From contig OY969767.1 in assembly GCA_963702895.1 (NCBI GenBank), forward strand, positions 1,440,001 through 1,504,000: DNA of 64,000 bases, read 5' to 3'. Position numbers and translations under genes: made by a program. Position 1 is the stretch's first letter. Every line of letters starts with the position of its first letter. Source of the stretch: an uncultured Elusimicrobia bacterium. Lineage in GTDB: Bacteria; Elusimicrobiota; Elusimicrobia; 2-01-FULL-59-12. The notes under the pieces are model-generated. The model did no database searches. It was given only the letters and a program-made list of their open reading frames with translations, and was not told the origin of the DNA. Of this stretch, positions 21,759-35,400 are shown piece by piece.

Positions 21759-21995
21759 GGCTCGGGCTCTTCGGATGCAACCAGGGCGTCACCTCCGGTG
21801 GCAAGGCGCGCACATAGGGTTTCAAAAGGAACTTCGCCACAAAGAAAAAGACGATGATCAAGGCATAGACCATCCCAAGGGTGCGAGCGTGCCAGCGCCA
21901 CGTGGGTTGCCATAACGGCGGCAGCTTTAAGTTCATGCCGCATTTTCGGCAGGCGTTGGCGATGTCTTTATTGTCAGTTTGGCATTGAGGACATT

Positions 21996-21999
<4 letters not shown>
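21742..21999 (-). CDS. Zinc-ribbon membrane protein
   Basis: CPQC...CRKCG plus one TM; overlaps both neighbours. Confidence 0.7.
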
Positions 22000-25231
<3,232 letters not shown>

Positions 25232-25239
<8 letters not shown>

Positions 25240-26224
25240 GGGTCTTCACAGCCTTGGCGAGTTCTTCCACACTCACACTGGCTGTCCCCAGCTTGCCCAC
25301 GACAAGACCCGCGGCATGATTGGCGAGCTCCGCCGCTTCACGCAGGGTGGCACCCGCGGCCAGCGCCAGCGTGAGCGTGCTGATCACGGTATCCCCAGCT
25401 CCCGTCACATCAAAGACCTCCCGCGCTCGGGCGGGGATATGATAGACGGGCTTGCCCTTTTCAAAGAGACTCATGCCATGCTCCCCGCGCGTCACGAGGA
25501 CTGAGCGGGCCTGGATCATGCGCCGGAGCGTGTTGCCTAAATTCTCCACATCCTTCAGATCGCGCAGGGCGCGCACGCCAGCGCTTTCCATCGCCTCCTG
25601 AGTATTGGGCGTGACGCAGCTCACGCGCTGATAGAGTTTGAAGTTCTCCACTTTCGGATCGACCGTAATGGGAATATGGAGCTTGTGGGCCAAAGGGATG
25701 AGCCGCTTGATCAGGGAAGGCGTGACGACGCCCTTGTCATAGTCGGAAAGAATCACGGCCTGGACCTGGGGAAGAAGCCGCTCGACATGGGAAATGATTT
25801 CCTCGCGCAAGTGATCGGAAAACTCTCCGCGAACTTCGCGGTCTACCCGCACCACCTGCTGGTGCTGCGCTATGACGCGCGTTTTGACGATCGTGGGTCG
25901 CTCCGGTGTGCAAATCGCCGATTCAGTCCGGATGGGCCACCGCTCGAAAAGCGAGAGAAGCCGATCGGCGGCGGTGTCTGCGCCCAGGAGCCCCACGACA
26001 TGGACTTCCGCGCCCAAAGAAGCGAGGTTCACGGCGACATTGCCGGCCCCTCCCGGCATCTCGGTTTCACGGGTCACCTGGACCACGGGCACGGGCGCCT
26101 CCGGGGAGATTCTGGACACGGACCCCCAGACAAAATGGTCCAGCATCAAATCCCCGATCACAAGAGTTTTGAGGTGCTTAAAACGATCCAGGATTTTAAT
26201 GATTTTACGTCGGGGGTCGAGCAC
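25232..26224 (-). CDS. rfaE1: D-glycero-beta-D-manno-heptose-7-phosphate kinase (HldE kinase domain)
   Basis: RISPEAPVPV, DVTGAGDT. Confidence 0.94.
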
Positions 26225-26241
26225 GCAGAATCTTACAAAAT

Positions 26242-27141
26242 CTATCTGGCTCTGTCACTTGTAGCCTCCACGGACGGACCGCTTTCCTTCCCCCGCTGAT
26301 ACCGGGTGAGCTCAGCCGAGACGTGACCGATAAAGACTTCCGAGCGCATGCGGACGGGCATCCGGTGCGCGTCATCGGTCAACCAAACCTGGATCTTCTT
26401 TCCCTTGCTGATAAAGATGCCCGGACCTCGCAGCATCGGTTCCACGAGCAAACAGTCGAACTTTCCAGCAGGCACTTTGACTTTTTCGCGTTTGAGGACC
26501 CGCACCTCCAGAGGATAGACCTTCTCACCATTGTGAACGTCAAAGGTATAACTTTGACCTATCTCCAGCAGGAGCGTCCGAACGTAATATAAGCTCCCGA
26601 ACGAATCGAGGGCATGGGCGGGGAGATCCCCCTCTTTCTCTTCATAGCTGTCTTTATCGACCCGATAGGACCTTGTTTTCCATCGGTGATTCACTTGATC
26701 AAGGAGGCTTGTCTCTTCGATTTGAAATTTCCCTTCGCGGATGCGCTTTTCATAACGCACCGTCACAAGCGCATCCTGATCGAGCCACAAATCATTCTTA
26801 TCCTTAACCTTGTAAAAAGCACTCACCACACCCCCCGATCGGGCAGTGGAGAGGATGTGATAGGTGGGGCGCCCCTCGAGCGTCACGATTTCAGGGATGG
26901 ACAAACTGGCGTAACCCCCCACGATCACGCCCCATTTGAGCACAAATTGAAGATCTTCACCTTGCGCGAAAGCCGTATGGGGGACAGACCGCCAGGCGGA
27001 AGAAGACGCGGCAACCGTGGAAGTTTCGACAGACGCGGTGGACATACTGACCCCAGGCTCTTGCGCGCTGACCGAGGAAATCGAAAGACCCCCCAGCAGA
27101 CACCCACAAAGCCCCACGAAGCGGAAGCCCTGTATCCTCAT
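26242..27141 (-). CDS. DUF3108-like exported protein
   Basis: Signal peptide; V.VPAG.F..L and W.TDD..R.PV motifs. Confidence 0.75.
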   Translation of the reverse strand: MRIQGFRFVGLCGCLLGGLSISSVSAQEPGVSMSTASVETSTVAASSSAWRSVPHTAFAQGEDLQFVLKWGVIVGGYASLSIPEIVTLEGRPTYHILSTARSGGVVSAFYKVKDKNDLWLDQDALVTVRYEKRIREGKFQIEETSLLDQVNHRWKTRSYRVDKDSYEEKEGDLPAHALDSFGSLYYVRTLLLEIGQSYTFDVHNGEKVYPLEVRVLKREKVKVPAGKFDCLLVEPMLRGPGIFISKGKKIQVWLTDDAHRMPVRMRSEVFIGHVSAELTRYQRGKESGPSVEATSDRAR

Positions 27142-27143
27142 GC

Positions 27144-27695
27144 TCAAGCCCATAAGCCGGATTTCCAATAGAGATAAACGAGCAAGGCCAGGCCTCCCGC
27201 AAGGCACTCATATTCCCGGTTCCGCATGTAGAGTTCCCAACTAAAGCGCTGCTCGCCCAGCCCCCGGACCCGACCACGAAACGGTAAAAACGCTGGGACC
27301 TGTCGGGAATAGGACGCGTAAGCGTCACCTAAAGAAAAGAATAATTCTTTTTCTTCAGCCAGTGTTTTAGCGCGATACAGGACCCCAAACCCTACCAGAA
27401 ACGCCAGCCATAGGCCGCCCACAGAGAAGCTCGGGGGCCATTGCCAGAGCATAAGACTGAAGCCCGTCCCGATCAGAAAACTACCCACGTAGAGGGGGTT
27501 GCGGATCCAGGCGTAAGGACCTCCCACCGCAACGCGCTTTCCTTTCAAAAGGTAGCCCGCCGCCCAGGAACGCAAGAGACAGCCTGACAGAATCAGAGCC
27601 AAAGCCACGCCGATGGGTGTACGGACATCGGGGCGAGCGACCACGAGATACCAAGCGGCGAAAAGAAAGCCCAGGGGAACCCTCCACCGGGTCAT
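27144..27695 (-). CDS. ICMT/PEMT-family membrane methyltransferase
   Basis: GPYAWIRNPLY, EE..L...G.AY..Y...VP motifs. Confidence 0.85.
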   Translation of the reverse strand: MTRWRVPLGFLFAAWYLVVARPDVRTPIGVALALILSGCLLRSWAAGYLLKGKRVAVGGPYAWIRNPLYVGSFLIGTGFSLMLWQWPPSFSVGGLWLAFLVGFGVLYRAKTLAEEKELFFSLGDAYASYSRQVPAFLPFRGRVRGLGEQRFSWELYMRNREYECLAGGLALLVYLYWKSGLWA

Positions 27696-27698
27696 GGG

Positions 27699-27980
27699 TC
27701 AGCGGGAAGGCGCCGCGCGCTGCTGAAAGCGCGGGTCGTTGTACATCTTAAATTGACGATACACCTTGGGCTTCCACGCTCCTCGCGTCCAGGCGTCCCG
27801 GAGCGCGTCCAGCTCTGCCACCAGATCATCGCGTTGCCGCTTCATAATGGAAAGCCTCTCTCGGCTGAGCAGGCGGAGATCGTCTGCCAAGTCCTGGCGG
27901 TCGATCTGTTCCTGGATGTGATAGATCTTCAGCTCTGCGATGCATAGCTTGTCAATGAGACTGCCCATGGTTTCAGCCAT
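27699..27980 (-). CDS. DUF4254-like protein, C-terminal half
   Basis: IDKLCIAELKIYH, KVYRQFKMYNDP. Confidence 0.75.
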   Translation of the reverse strand: MAETMGSLIDKLCIAELKIYHIQEQIDRQDLADDLRLLSRERLSIMKRQRDDLVAELDALRDAWTRGAWKPKVYRQFKMYNDPRFQQRAAPSR

Positions 27981-27983
27981 CCT

Positions 27984-28196
27984 TCAGCTCCTCGGCTGCG
28001 CTTGGATGAAGCATTCGTCAATCTTCTCAATCAGGTCATTGCGGGTTTGATTGAGTTGATCAATGCGCCGTTTGGCCTGGGCCACGGCGTGATCATCCGG
28101 GAGGCGGGCCTTGTCTTCCTCATGCCAAAGGTCGACGTGGGTCGCTGCCAGTTGGCTAATGAAAGCACCCAGGCGATTGGAGGTTTTTTCACTCAT
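27984..28196 (-). CDS. DUF4254-like protein, N-terminal half
   Basis: LWHEEDKAR, KRRIDQLNQTRNDLIEKID. Confidence 0.75.
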   Translation of the reverse strand: MSEKTSNRLGAFISQLAATHVDLWHEEDKARLPDDHAVAQAKRRIDQLNQTRNDLIEKIDECFIQAQPRS

Positions 28197-28771
28197 CGTT
28201 TCAGTCCTTTCCTCATTTTGATGATCCAGTCTGCCGCGCGGGCGAAAGTCGCCGCCTGATGATCCGGTTGGACGCCCTTGTTATGGGAGGCGAAGTGACG
28301 TCCATAGCCCGTCAAGACGAGAACACCCGCGCCCCCCGTCCGTTGTCCCAAGCGAACATCGCTCCACCGGTCCCCGACACTGATACACCCCTTCCAAGAC
28401 GTCTGGAAATCACGAGCCGCACGGCGCGCCATACCCAACCGAGGTTTCCGGCAACGACATCGGTCTTTGGGCTGGTGCGGACACCAGTATAACCCATCCA
28501 CAGGAGCCTTGTTCTTCTTGAGCAAGTCCAGAAACCGCTTATTGACCGCATGCATCTGTCGGAGGGTGATGAAGCCGCGCGCAACGCCCGACTGGTTCGT
28601 GACGACCGCTATCTTAAACCCCGCGCGCCTCAGCCTGCGAAGCGCACGTGGCACACCGGACAAGAGCCGAACGCGGCGTGGGTCCGAAGGGTAATCCGCC
28701 TCTTCCACGAGCGTACCATCACGGTCCAGGAGGAGCAACGGAGCGCCCTTCTTACGCGGGCTCGTTTTCAT
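28193..28771 (-). CDS. gmhB: Heptose-1,7-bisphosphate phosphatase
   Basis: LDRDGT, TNQSG, CPH..CRCRKP. Confidence 0.93.
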   Translation of the reverse strand: MKTSPRKKGAPLLLLDRDGTLVEEADYPSDPRRVRLLSGVPRALRRLRRAGFKIAVVTNQSGVARGFITLRQMHAVNKRFLDLLKKNKAPVDGLYWCPHQPKDRCRCRKPRLGMARRAARDFQTSWKGCISVGDRWSDVRLGQRTGGAGVLVLTGYGRHFASHNKGVQPDHQAATFARAADWIIKMRKGLKR

Positions 28772-30002
28772 GTCCTGCCAGGGCCTTGGCCAGGCCGATC
28801 ACAAAATAGAACATCATCATCACCACCACCGCGTTATAGGAGGTTTCTGTCACTCCGCCGAGAAAAAAACCAAGCATGGCCAGCCCCGCGCCTCGATAGA
28901 GCAGGACGTCGTAAGCATGGCGGCTTCGCCGAAAGGCGTCCCACAACTCTTTGACGAGCGCCGCAAAAAAAGCGAGGAACATGAAGAGCCCGAGCCCCCC
29001 CCGTTCGGCCATAATGTTCACATAATTACTGTGCAGATGTCCCCAGGGCCCGGTGCGGCGATCCGCCTCGTCTTGGAAAGGCGGCGACACTTTTTTCACA
29101 TTGCCCGGCCCCACCCCGAAGAAAGGGTTTGATTGGAACAGCGAATAACCCGCCTTCCACATGTTGAGGCGATCACGATTGGAGTGGTGGGTGCTGTCCG
29201 TGATGCTGGCGGCACGCTTGTGCAGCGTCGGGACAGAAAGAAAAACGAGCGCAAAGATGCCGCCCAAGAGGACCAAGAGCATGGAACGTTTTCGACGCGA
29301 TGTCAGGATCGCCACGATCACCATGACCGCGGCGGCAAGCCAGGGTCCTCGGCTCTGAGAGACAAGCAGCGCGCCCCCCACACTTGCTAGATAGACAAAC
29401 CAGAGGAGAAGCCGCCGGCCGCTGGAGGAGAGCAGAAAACAGATCCCAAAAGCCCAGTGAAAAAGGAGGCACTCCGCGTACGTCAGTGGGTGGCTGCGGG
29501 TGCCGATCACGCGACCGTTGACCATGGAAAGATGATCCAGAATGGGCCTGGGCCATTGCGCGATGGCGCTGGGCAGGGTGTAAAAGACCCCTCCTGATTT
29601 GTCTGACTGATTCACACCGGTCGCAAATTGGATCAGGCCCCAGACGGCCACCAGCGCGCCAGCGGCCATAAAGATATGAAGCAATTTCTCATTTTGCCGA
29701 CGAGAGACGGTCACGGAGGCGATCAAGAGGGCGATCACCAGATAGAAATCTGTTTTCCATATCTCGCCGAGACTGCGTCGAACGTCCACCCCCGCAAAGG
29801 CTGAGACCACACTCACCCCCAGATAGAGAAGAAAGACTTTTTCTGCCAGTCCCCACCGGGGCGGCCAGCGCAGAAGGGTCGCCCTGCCCCCCAGGAGCCA
29901 GACGGCCAACAAAGGGAAAAAAACAAGATTGGTGGCCGCAATCGAAATCGGGGTGACGAAGGCCAAAGCGTTCATGCCGTAAATGAAGATCTGTTCAAAC
30001 AC
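28752..30002 (-). CDS. O-antigen ligase family protein
   Basis: Multi-TM, SRGPW, GVGPGN, HLHSNY. Confidence 0.88.
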   Translation of the reverse strand: MFEQIFIYGMNALAFVTPISIAATNLVFFPLLAVWLLGGRATLLRWPPRWGLAEKVFLLYLGVSVVSAFAGVDVRRSLGEIWKTDFYLVIALLIASVTVSRRQNEKLLHIFMAAGALVAVWGLIQFATGVNQSDKSGGVFYTLPSAIAQWPRPILDHLSMVNGRVIGTRSHPLTYAECLLFHWAFGICFLLSSSGRRLLLWFVYLASVGGALLVSQSRGPWLAAAVMVIVAILTSRRKRSMLLVLLGGIFALVFLSVPTLHKRAASITDSTHHSNRDRLNMWKAGYSLFQSNPFFGVGPGNVKKVSPPFQDEADRRTGPWGHLHSNYVNIMAERGGLGLFMFLAFFAALVKELWDAFRRSRHAYDVLLYRGAGLAMLGFFLGGVTETSYNAVVVMMMFYFVIGLAKALAGHENEPA

Positions 30003-31138
30003 CGGAGAGTTTCCTCACCAGAACAATCAGTTTTTTCCAGTGTTCCTCGCCTTCCGTGAAGACGAGGTCCATGCGCAACGCGAAGGCTGGCAGCAGGAGA
30101 CTCCCGCCGGTGCCCCAGCGCATGGCGTCTTTTTCGGTCATGACAATCCACTCCGCCTCCCGTCGATTCTTGGCGACCCATGCGCGTATATCCTCCGTAC
30201 GGCCGGAATGGTCCGCCAAGCTCAGCGAAGCCACCACCTTGGCGCCGAGCTCTCGAAGCATATGCTCAAAGGCCTGCGGGTTGCCGATCGCCGAAACCGC
30301 CATGATTCGTTTGCCCCGCAGGTGCGACAAGGGGAGGATGGTCTGATGCTGCAACGCCGTCAAGAAGCGAGGTTGATGCTGACTCTCGAGCAGCACGGAC
30401 GAAGGCTGCATGTGACTCGTCACTTCCGCTCGGAGGACCGCCAGCCGATCGGGACCAATGAGGCCTGTTCGTGTTAAAACAACAGCATCCGCACGGCGAA
30501 GGGCCTGCGGCGGCTCACGGAGCAGTCCCGCGGGCAAAAGTCTTCCTCCACCCCAAGGATCGGTCACGTCCACGACCACAATGTTGATATCTTTCTGGAG
30601 GCGGTGATGCTGGAAACCATCATCCATCACAAAACAGTCGATCGAATGATTCTTAAGAATACTGATTCCCCACCTTGTAGCGGTCTGCTCCCACCCCGAC
30701 ACAGGCCCCTGGCAGGCGGTGTGAGAGCTCCATGGCTTCATCGCCAGCTTCCGCAACACCCGCCAGCATATGCTCCGCGTCCCGCACAACCACCAGGTCC
30801 CGCTTTTTCTTTTCGCGCTTATAGCCGCGTAGAAGAACGGCCGGCTTGAGGCCCGCCGCAAGAAGATCGTTCGTAAGCCTGATGACGAGTGGTGTCTTGC
30901 CAGTGCCGCCTACGGTAATATTACCAACACAAATCGTGGGGAGCGGCAGCCGTTTGACATGGAAGAGGCCATGCCGATAAGCAAGCTCCCGACCTTTGAC
31001 ACCCACCCCATAGCCCCAGCTGCCAAGGCGAGCAAAGCGCCTCACAGACTCCGACAGGAGGTCTTGTCGATGGCCACGCAAAACTTCCTCCCACCAGGGC
31101 AGGTTGTGACGCCGTCTTTCTTTCGCTGTGATTTCCAT
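29995..31138 (-). pseudogene. lpxK: Tetraacyldisaccharide 4'-kinase, split by +1 frameshift at about 30668-30671 (possibly a sequencing error)
   Basis: N-half has VGNITVGGTGKTP and GDE; C-half in another frame has DDGFQH, LLPAGLLREP, TEKDA; removing one G restores VGISILK. Confidence 0.9.
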
Positions 31139-31143
31139 GGAAC

Positions 31144-32148
31144 TCAGGCCCCTACCCCAGCCTGCCTCACCAGTTGCTCCGCTTCCTGAAAAACCGACTG
31201 CGGCGTGAGGGCCGCCATACATTCATGCCCAAATGAACATTCATTAAGATTGCAACCGAGGCACTGAAGACCTGGTGCTGAAAGTGCCCGATGTTTCGGG
31301 CCACCGGGATTCCAGGCGACGGGGTCGGTTGGCCCGTAAAGCGTGACCGTGGGAGTCCCCACGGCCACTGCCATGTGCATGGGACCATTATCGTTGGTCA
31401 CCACCAGGCGGCAATGCTCAAGCAAAGCAGCCATTTCCCTGAGCGTCGTTCTGGGGATCATCTGACTACCAGGACACTCCCGGGCGATGTCTAGCACATA
31501 GTCTTCCTCCCCAGGTCCCCAAAACAGCCACACCGGCGCTTGTTGGGCCGCGTACATCCCGGCAAGAACTCGAAAAGAAGAACTGGACCAACGCCTCGAT
31601 GGTCTTCGATGGGTCGGGATCAGGCCCACGATATGGCGAGAACCCGGGGGCTGTTTCAAAATACCCGCGGCCCAGCGCCGCTCAGAATCCGTAAGAAAGA
31701 ATGTTCGCTCCCCTGCTCCAGCGACAAGCGGGAAAAGAGACCTGAGAAGGCTCATCTTGCCTTCGGTGGCAGAGACCCCCTGGCCAGGGCGCCGGACCGT
31801 CCGGTCCAGAAGGTGTCCCCAGAACGTGACCTTGTAGCCTGCCCGCACCCCGGCGTTGCTAAACAAGCCACAAAGAATCGAACGCGGAGAACTTTGGAAA
31901 TCAAAAATAAGATCGTATCGCGCACGCCGCAGCTCGCGACAGGTGTTCCAGGGTGACGAACGGTGATAGACGCGCACCGCATGGAGAAAAGGGTTGTTCT
32001 CAAGAAGAGGTGCAAAGGGCGGGTCCACCAGGAAGTCAATCGAAGCTTCAGGAAAGGCCTTCTTGAGGGCGGACAAGACAGGCGTCGTCACCAGGACATC
32101 TCCCGCCCGCTTGAGCTGAATCACCAGGATGTTCTTCGGATCAGTCAT
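31144..32148 (-). CDS. GT9 heptosyltransferase
   Basis: GDVLVTTP, NDNGPMHMA, LYGPT. Confidence 0.9.
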   Translation of the reverse strand: MTDPKNILVIQLKRAGDVLVTTPVLSALKKAFPEASIDFLVDPPFAPLLENNPFLHAVRVYHRSSPWNTCRELRRARYDLIFDFQSSPRSILCGLFSNAGVRAGYKVTFWGHLLDRTVRRPGQGVSATEGKMSLLRSLFPLVAGAGERTFFLTDSERRWAAGILKQPPGSRHIVGLIPTHRRPSRRWSSSSFRVLAGMYAAQQAPVWLFWGPGEEDYVLDIARECPGSQMIPRTTLREMAALLEHCRLVVTNDNGPMHMAVAVGTPTVTLYGPTDPVAWNPGGPKHRALSAPGLQCLGCNLNECSFGHECMAALTPQSVFQEAEQLVRQAGVGA

Positions 32149-32290
32149 CGTCACGTGTCAAGGCCATGCCCTGCCCCTCCCTCAAGAAAAACTCACCCCT
32201 CCAAAAGCCTTGTTGAAATGCTTCGGACTGACCGATCGATTCAGATTGATCCATAATTCGCATACATTTGTTTACATGACTATTTTTTAC

Positions 32291-32319
32291 TTGCGTGCCA
32301 CACGTTCCGGGGCTAGAGT
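32291..32319 (+). promoter_or_regulatory. Putative sigma70 promoter for small plus-strand ORF
   Basis: TTGCGT-N17-TAGAGT preceded by an AT-rich tract. Confidence 0.5.
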
Positions 32320-32350
32320 TGGCGCGTCCCCCAGCAGGGGACCCAAAACC

Positions 32351-32533
32351 ATGAAACCTCATAAGAAAAAGAAGCCCCAAGATGAGCTCAACACCGAGGA
32401 CGATGGTCGAGTTATCCCGTTCGAAGCTCTGGCGGAACTCACTTCCAGCGATGTCATTGCCCAGGTTAAACGCGGAATGAGCGCCATTGAACCCATCGAT
32501 CTCGAGGACGAGTTCAAAGAAGACGCCGCCTGA
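32351..32533 (+). CDS. Small hypothetical protein (60 aa, basic N-terminus, acidic C-terminus)
   Basis: ATG with GGGGA RBS and upstream promoter; fills the gap between two minus-strand GT9 genes. Confidence 0.55.
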   Translation: MKPHKKKKPQDELNTEDDGRVIPFEALAELTSSDVIAQVKRGMSAIEPIDLEDEFKEDAA

Positions 32534-33542
32534 TCGCTTTCCGTCCGGCTTCCAGGACTTCGTCCACGGACACCACGGATAGATCCTCTCTTATTGATCC
32601 ATCTTCCCCAACGCTGGGTCCCACGAGCACCCGATGCGTCATGTCCTGCTCCACATAAGCAGGGTAGGGCCCCCAACGCCTGGGATGGCATGTGGGCAGC
32701 GTGGAATAGACCGAGACGGTAGGCGTTCCCACGGCAACCGCCAAATGCAAGGGTCCGGTGGAGTTGCTCACCAAGAGATCCGCCCAGCTGTAGAGCGCGG
32801 CAAGCTCCCGAAGGCTCACGCTTCCAGCGGCCATAAAGACCGGGATCCTGTGCATTTGGTCAATCATGATGGATTGATAGTTTTCGCCCGGTCCCCCGGT
32901 CACGATCACTTGTGCGCCTTGTTCCTGAAGCGCGTCCCCCAACTTCATAAAATGCTGGAGCGGCCAGCGGGCGGAGGATCCTCCGGACCCAGGGTGCAGC
33001 ATGACGATGGGCCTCTCGAGAGAAACACGGTGAGATTCAAGGGTCTTCCGGGCGGTTTCTTTTTCGATCGGCGTGAGTTCGAAGCGTGTCGGAACGCGCC
33101 GAAAGGGCACGCCGAGGGGCCCTAACAAATCGAGGTTAAAGTCCGCCTCGTGCTTTTGTCCCTGCGACCGGTGCTGCCAAAGACGGCGGTTGAAGAAAAG
33201 CGAATACCATTTGCTGGCCGGTCCGATCCGCAGAGGAACACCCGCCCACCAGATGGCCCAGCTGACACGCCACCGCGGATAGGCGACAATGGCAGCATCA
33301 AAGTGACGCGAACGGATACGCCGCGCAAGCTCATGGGCGGAGCCCCCATCGTCCAGCAGGACTTCGTCCACATCGGGGTTATGCTCGAGGAGTGGGGCGG
33401 CATAAGGACGCACGAGCCATGAGATTTTGGCCTCCGGGGAGGCCGCGCGGAGAGCCCGGGAAACGGGTGTCGTCAGAAGGACGTCCCCGAGCCGGTCGGT
33501 GCGCGCGATGAGAATATTCTTGGCTGGAAGACGAGTCTGCAT
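32514..33542 (-). CDS. GT9 glycosyltransferase
   Basis: RTDRLGDVLLTTP, HPGSGGS, NSTGPLHLA. Confidence 0.9.
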   Translation of the reverse strand: MQTRLPAKNILIARTDRLGDVLLTTPVSRALRAASPEAKISWLVRPYAAPLLEHNPDVDEVLLDDGGSAHELARRIRSRHFDAAIVAYPRWRVSWAIWWAGVPLRIGPASKWYSLFFNRRLWQHRSQGQKHEADFNLDLLGPLGVPFRRVPTRFELTPIEKETARKTLESHRVSLERPIVMLHPGSGGSSARWPLQHFMKLGDALQEQGAQVIVTGGPGENYQSIMIDQMHRIPVFMAAGSVSLRELAALYSWADLLVSNSTGPLHLAVAVGTPTVSVYSTLPTCHPRRWGPYPAYVEQDMTHRVLVGPSVGEDGSIREDLSVVSVDEVLEAGRKAIRRRLL

Positions 33543-33547
33543 CGCGG

Positions 33548-34300
33548 CTACGCCCCACCCTTTTCCATTTCCTTGAGCTTGATCGACCTCAGCCACGCCG
33601 CGTGAGCCGAGAGCGCCGCATAAGTCAGCCCCGCGTGACCATCGAGCCAGGCCCCATGGAGGACAATACGGTTCAAGAGTTCCCACCCCGGCCGCAAATG
33701 CTGCCAGAAGGAGAATCGCTTTCCTTCCTTCCATCTTTGGCGGGCAGCCAGTGCCGTGTAGACCGGGATTTTCTGGAGGTAGTCATCGAGTGAGGCATAG
33801 GAAAAATGATCGAGATGTCCTCTCAGACGGCCGGTCTTGCCGGAGACGACGACCCGCTCATGGACTTCGCGAGGCTCGTATCGCCCTTGGTTCCTCCGAA
33901 AAAACCGCAGCACCCAGTCATGCCCGACACCACCGAACCGAAGACGCTGGCCGAGAAAATACAGATGGCGTTTGAGATAGTAGCCATCAAGCCCCCGGGA
34001 TGGGCGGGCTGCCTGCCTGAGGGCCTCGGCCAGATCCGGGCTCACACGCTCGTCCGCATCAATGGAAAGAACCCATTCGCCAAGACATTGGTCCAGGGCA
34101 AACTGCTTTTGAGAGCCATAGCCCATCATCTTTCTCGAAAAGACCTTCGCCCCCCGCTCCTTCGCCAGCGCCACGGTGCGATCGGAGGATTCATCATCGA
34201 CCACCACGAGTTCATCGGCCAGCCCCTTGAGGCTGTCCAGACACCCTGGAAGGTCCCGCTCTTCGTTCTTCGTGATGATATACGCGCTGATTGGAGTCAC
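33548..34300 (-). CDS. GT2 glycosyltransferase (KdtX/WaaE-like)
   Basis: ITKNEE, IDADE, VHE. Confidence 0.9.
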   Translation of the reverse strand: MTPISAYIITKNEERDLPGCLDSLKGLADELVVVDDESSDRTVALAKERGAKVFSRKMMGYGSQKQFALDQCLGEWVLSIDADERVSPDLAEALRQAARPSRGLDGYYLKRHLYFLGQRLRFGGVGHDWVLRFFRRNQGRYEPREVHERVVVSGKTGRLRGHLDHFSYASLDDYLQKIPVYTALAARQRWKEGKRFSFWQHLRPGWELLNRIVLHGAWLDGHAGLTYAALSAHAAWLRSIKLKEMEKGGA

Positions 34301-34347
34301 CTTCGCCTTCCTTTCATGGGACCGGACTCGACGGAAATTATATTAGA

Positions 34348-35400
34348 TCAGAGACTGGACAGGGCTTCCTGATAGATGCGAAGCGTTCTCTCGACAAAGT
34401 GTTCCATCGAAAAATGTCGTTTGACGCGCGACCAAGCGGAGTCCCCCATGGATCTCGCTTTCGCCGGCTCATGCAGGAGCCGCGCGATGGCGGAGGCCAG
34501 AGCCGGCGCGTCTTCTGGATCGACCAGATACCCCGTGACGCCCTCTTGAACGATTTCAGGGAGGCAGCCCACCCGGGTGGCTACCACGGGACGGCCGGCC
34601 GCCATCCATTCCAGCGCGACGCGCGAAACCGCTTCGCTTCCAGTCGAAGGAATAACGCCTATCGTACAATCCGACATGCAGGCATCGACCTCGCGCTGGA
34701 AACCGAGGAATTCAACCTGAGGATCAACCCGCAATCGTTGGGCGATCTTCTGCAGATCGCGCAGCTTAATATTTTCTTCCTGGCCTGCCACCAGGAGGCG
34801 CAATCCGGGATAGGTGCCTCTCAAGAGGGAGAGCGCCTCGATGAGATAGCGGTGGCCTTTCACAGGATCCAGCCGCGCGACGATGCCGAGCTTAGGCTCC
34901 TTGGGAAATTCTTTGGGCATGGCGCGAGAGAGTTCGACGCCCTGATAGACGGTCAAAACCTTTTTCGGCTGGATCTCCAAATCGCGGATCAACGAATCTC
35001 GAATATAGCCTGCGGCACTGATCACGCGCTGCGTTCGGTGATAGAGCAGTTGTCGGCCGGGCCGTTTTCGAATGGCCCGGGCATCCGAACGCGTCCGCAC
35101 CACCGCCACCGGTTGCCCCAGGGCCGCGGCGACCGCAAGACTGTGGGTGCTCCCTGTATGAGCGTTCAGAACTTGGATGCCATGATCGGACACAAACCGC
35201 CTGAGCGCCGTGAGATTTCTGAGCTTGATCATCGGCAGGGTTTTGAGGCCCAGGCGATGCGCTTTATGCCAGGGTTTCTCCCCGGGAAGGGCCGAGACAA
35301 ACACTTGGTGTCCCTTCTTTTTCTGTCCCTGGGCAAGAACGAGCGCGTAATGCGCCAGTCCCGAGTCCCAGGGAACATCGATGAGATGCATGATTTTCAT
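34348..35400 (-). CDS. GT4 glycosyltransferase
   Basis: RLDPVKG, E.VSRVALE.MA.GRPVVAT. Confidence 0.9.
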   Translation of the reverse strand: MKIMHLIDVPWDSGLAHYALVLAQGQKKKGHQVFVSALPGEKPWHKAHRLGLKTLPMIKLRNLTALRRFVSDHGIQVLNAHTGSTHSLAVAAALGQPVAVVRTRSDARAIRKRPGRQLLYHRTQRVISAAGYIRDSLIRDLEIQPKKVLTVYQGVELSRAMPKEFPKEPKLGIVARLDPVKGHRYLIEALSLLRGTYPGLRLLVAGQEENIKLRDLQKIAQRLRVDPQVEFLGFQREVDACMSDCTIGVIPSTGSEAVSRVALEWMAAGRPVVATRVGCLPEIVQEGVTGYLVDPEDAPALASAIARLLHEPAKARSMGDSAWSRVKRHFSMEHFVERTLRIYQEALSSL

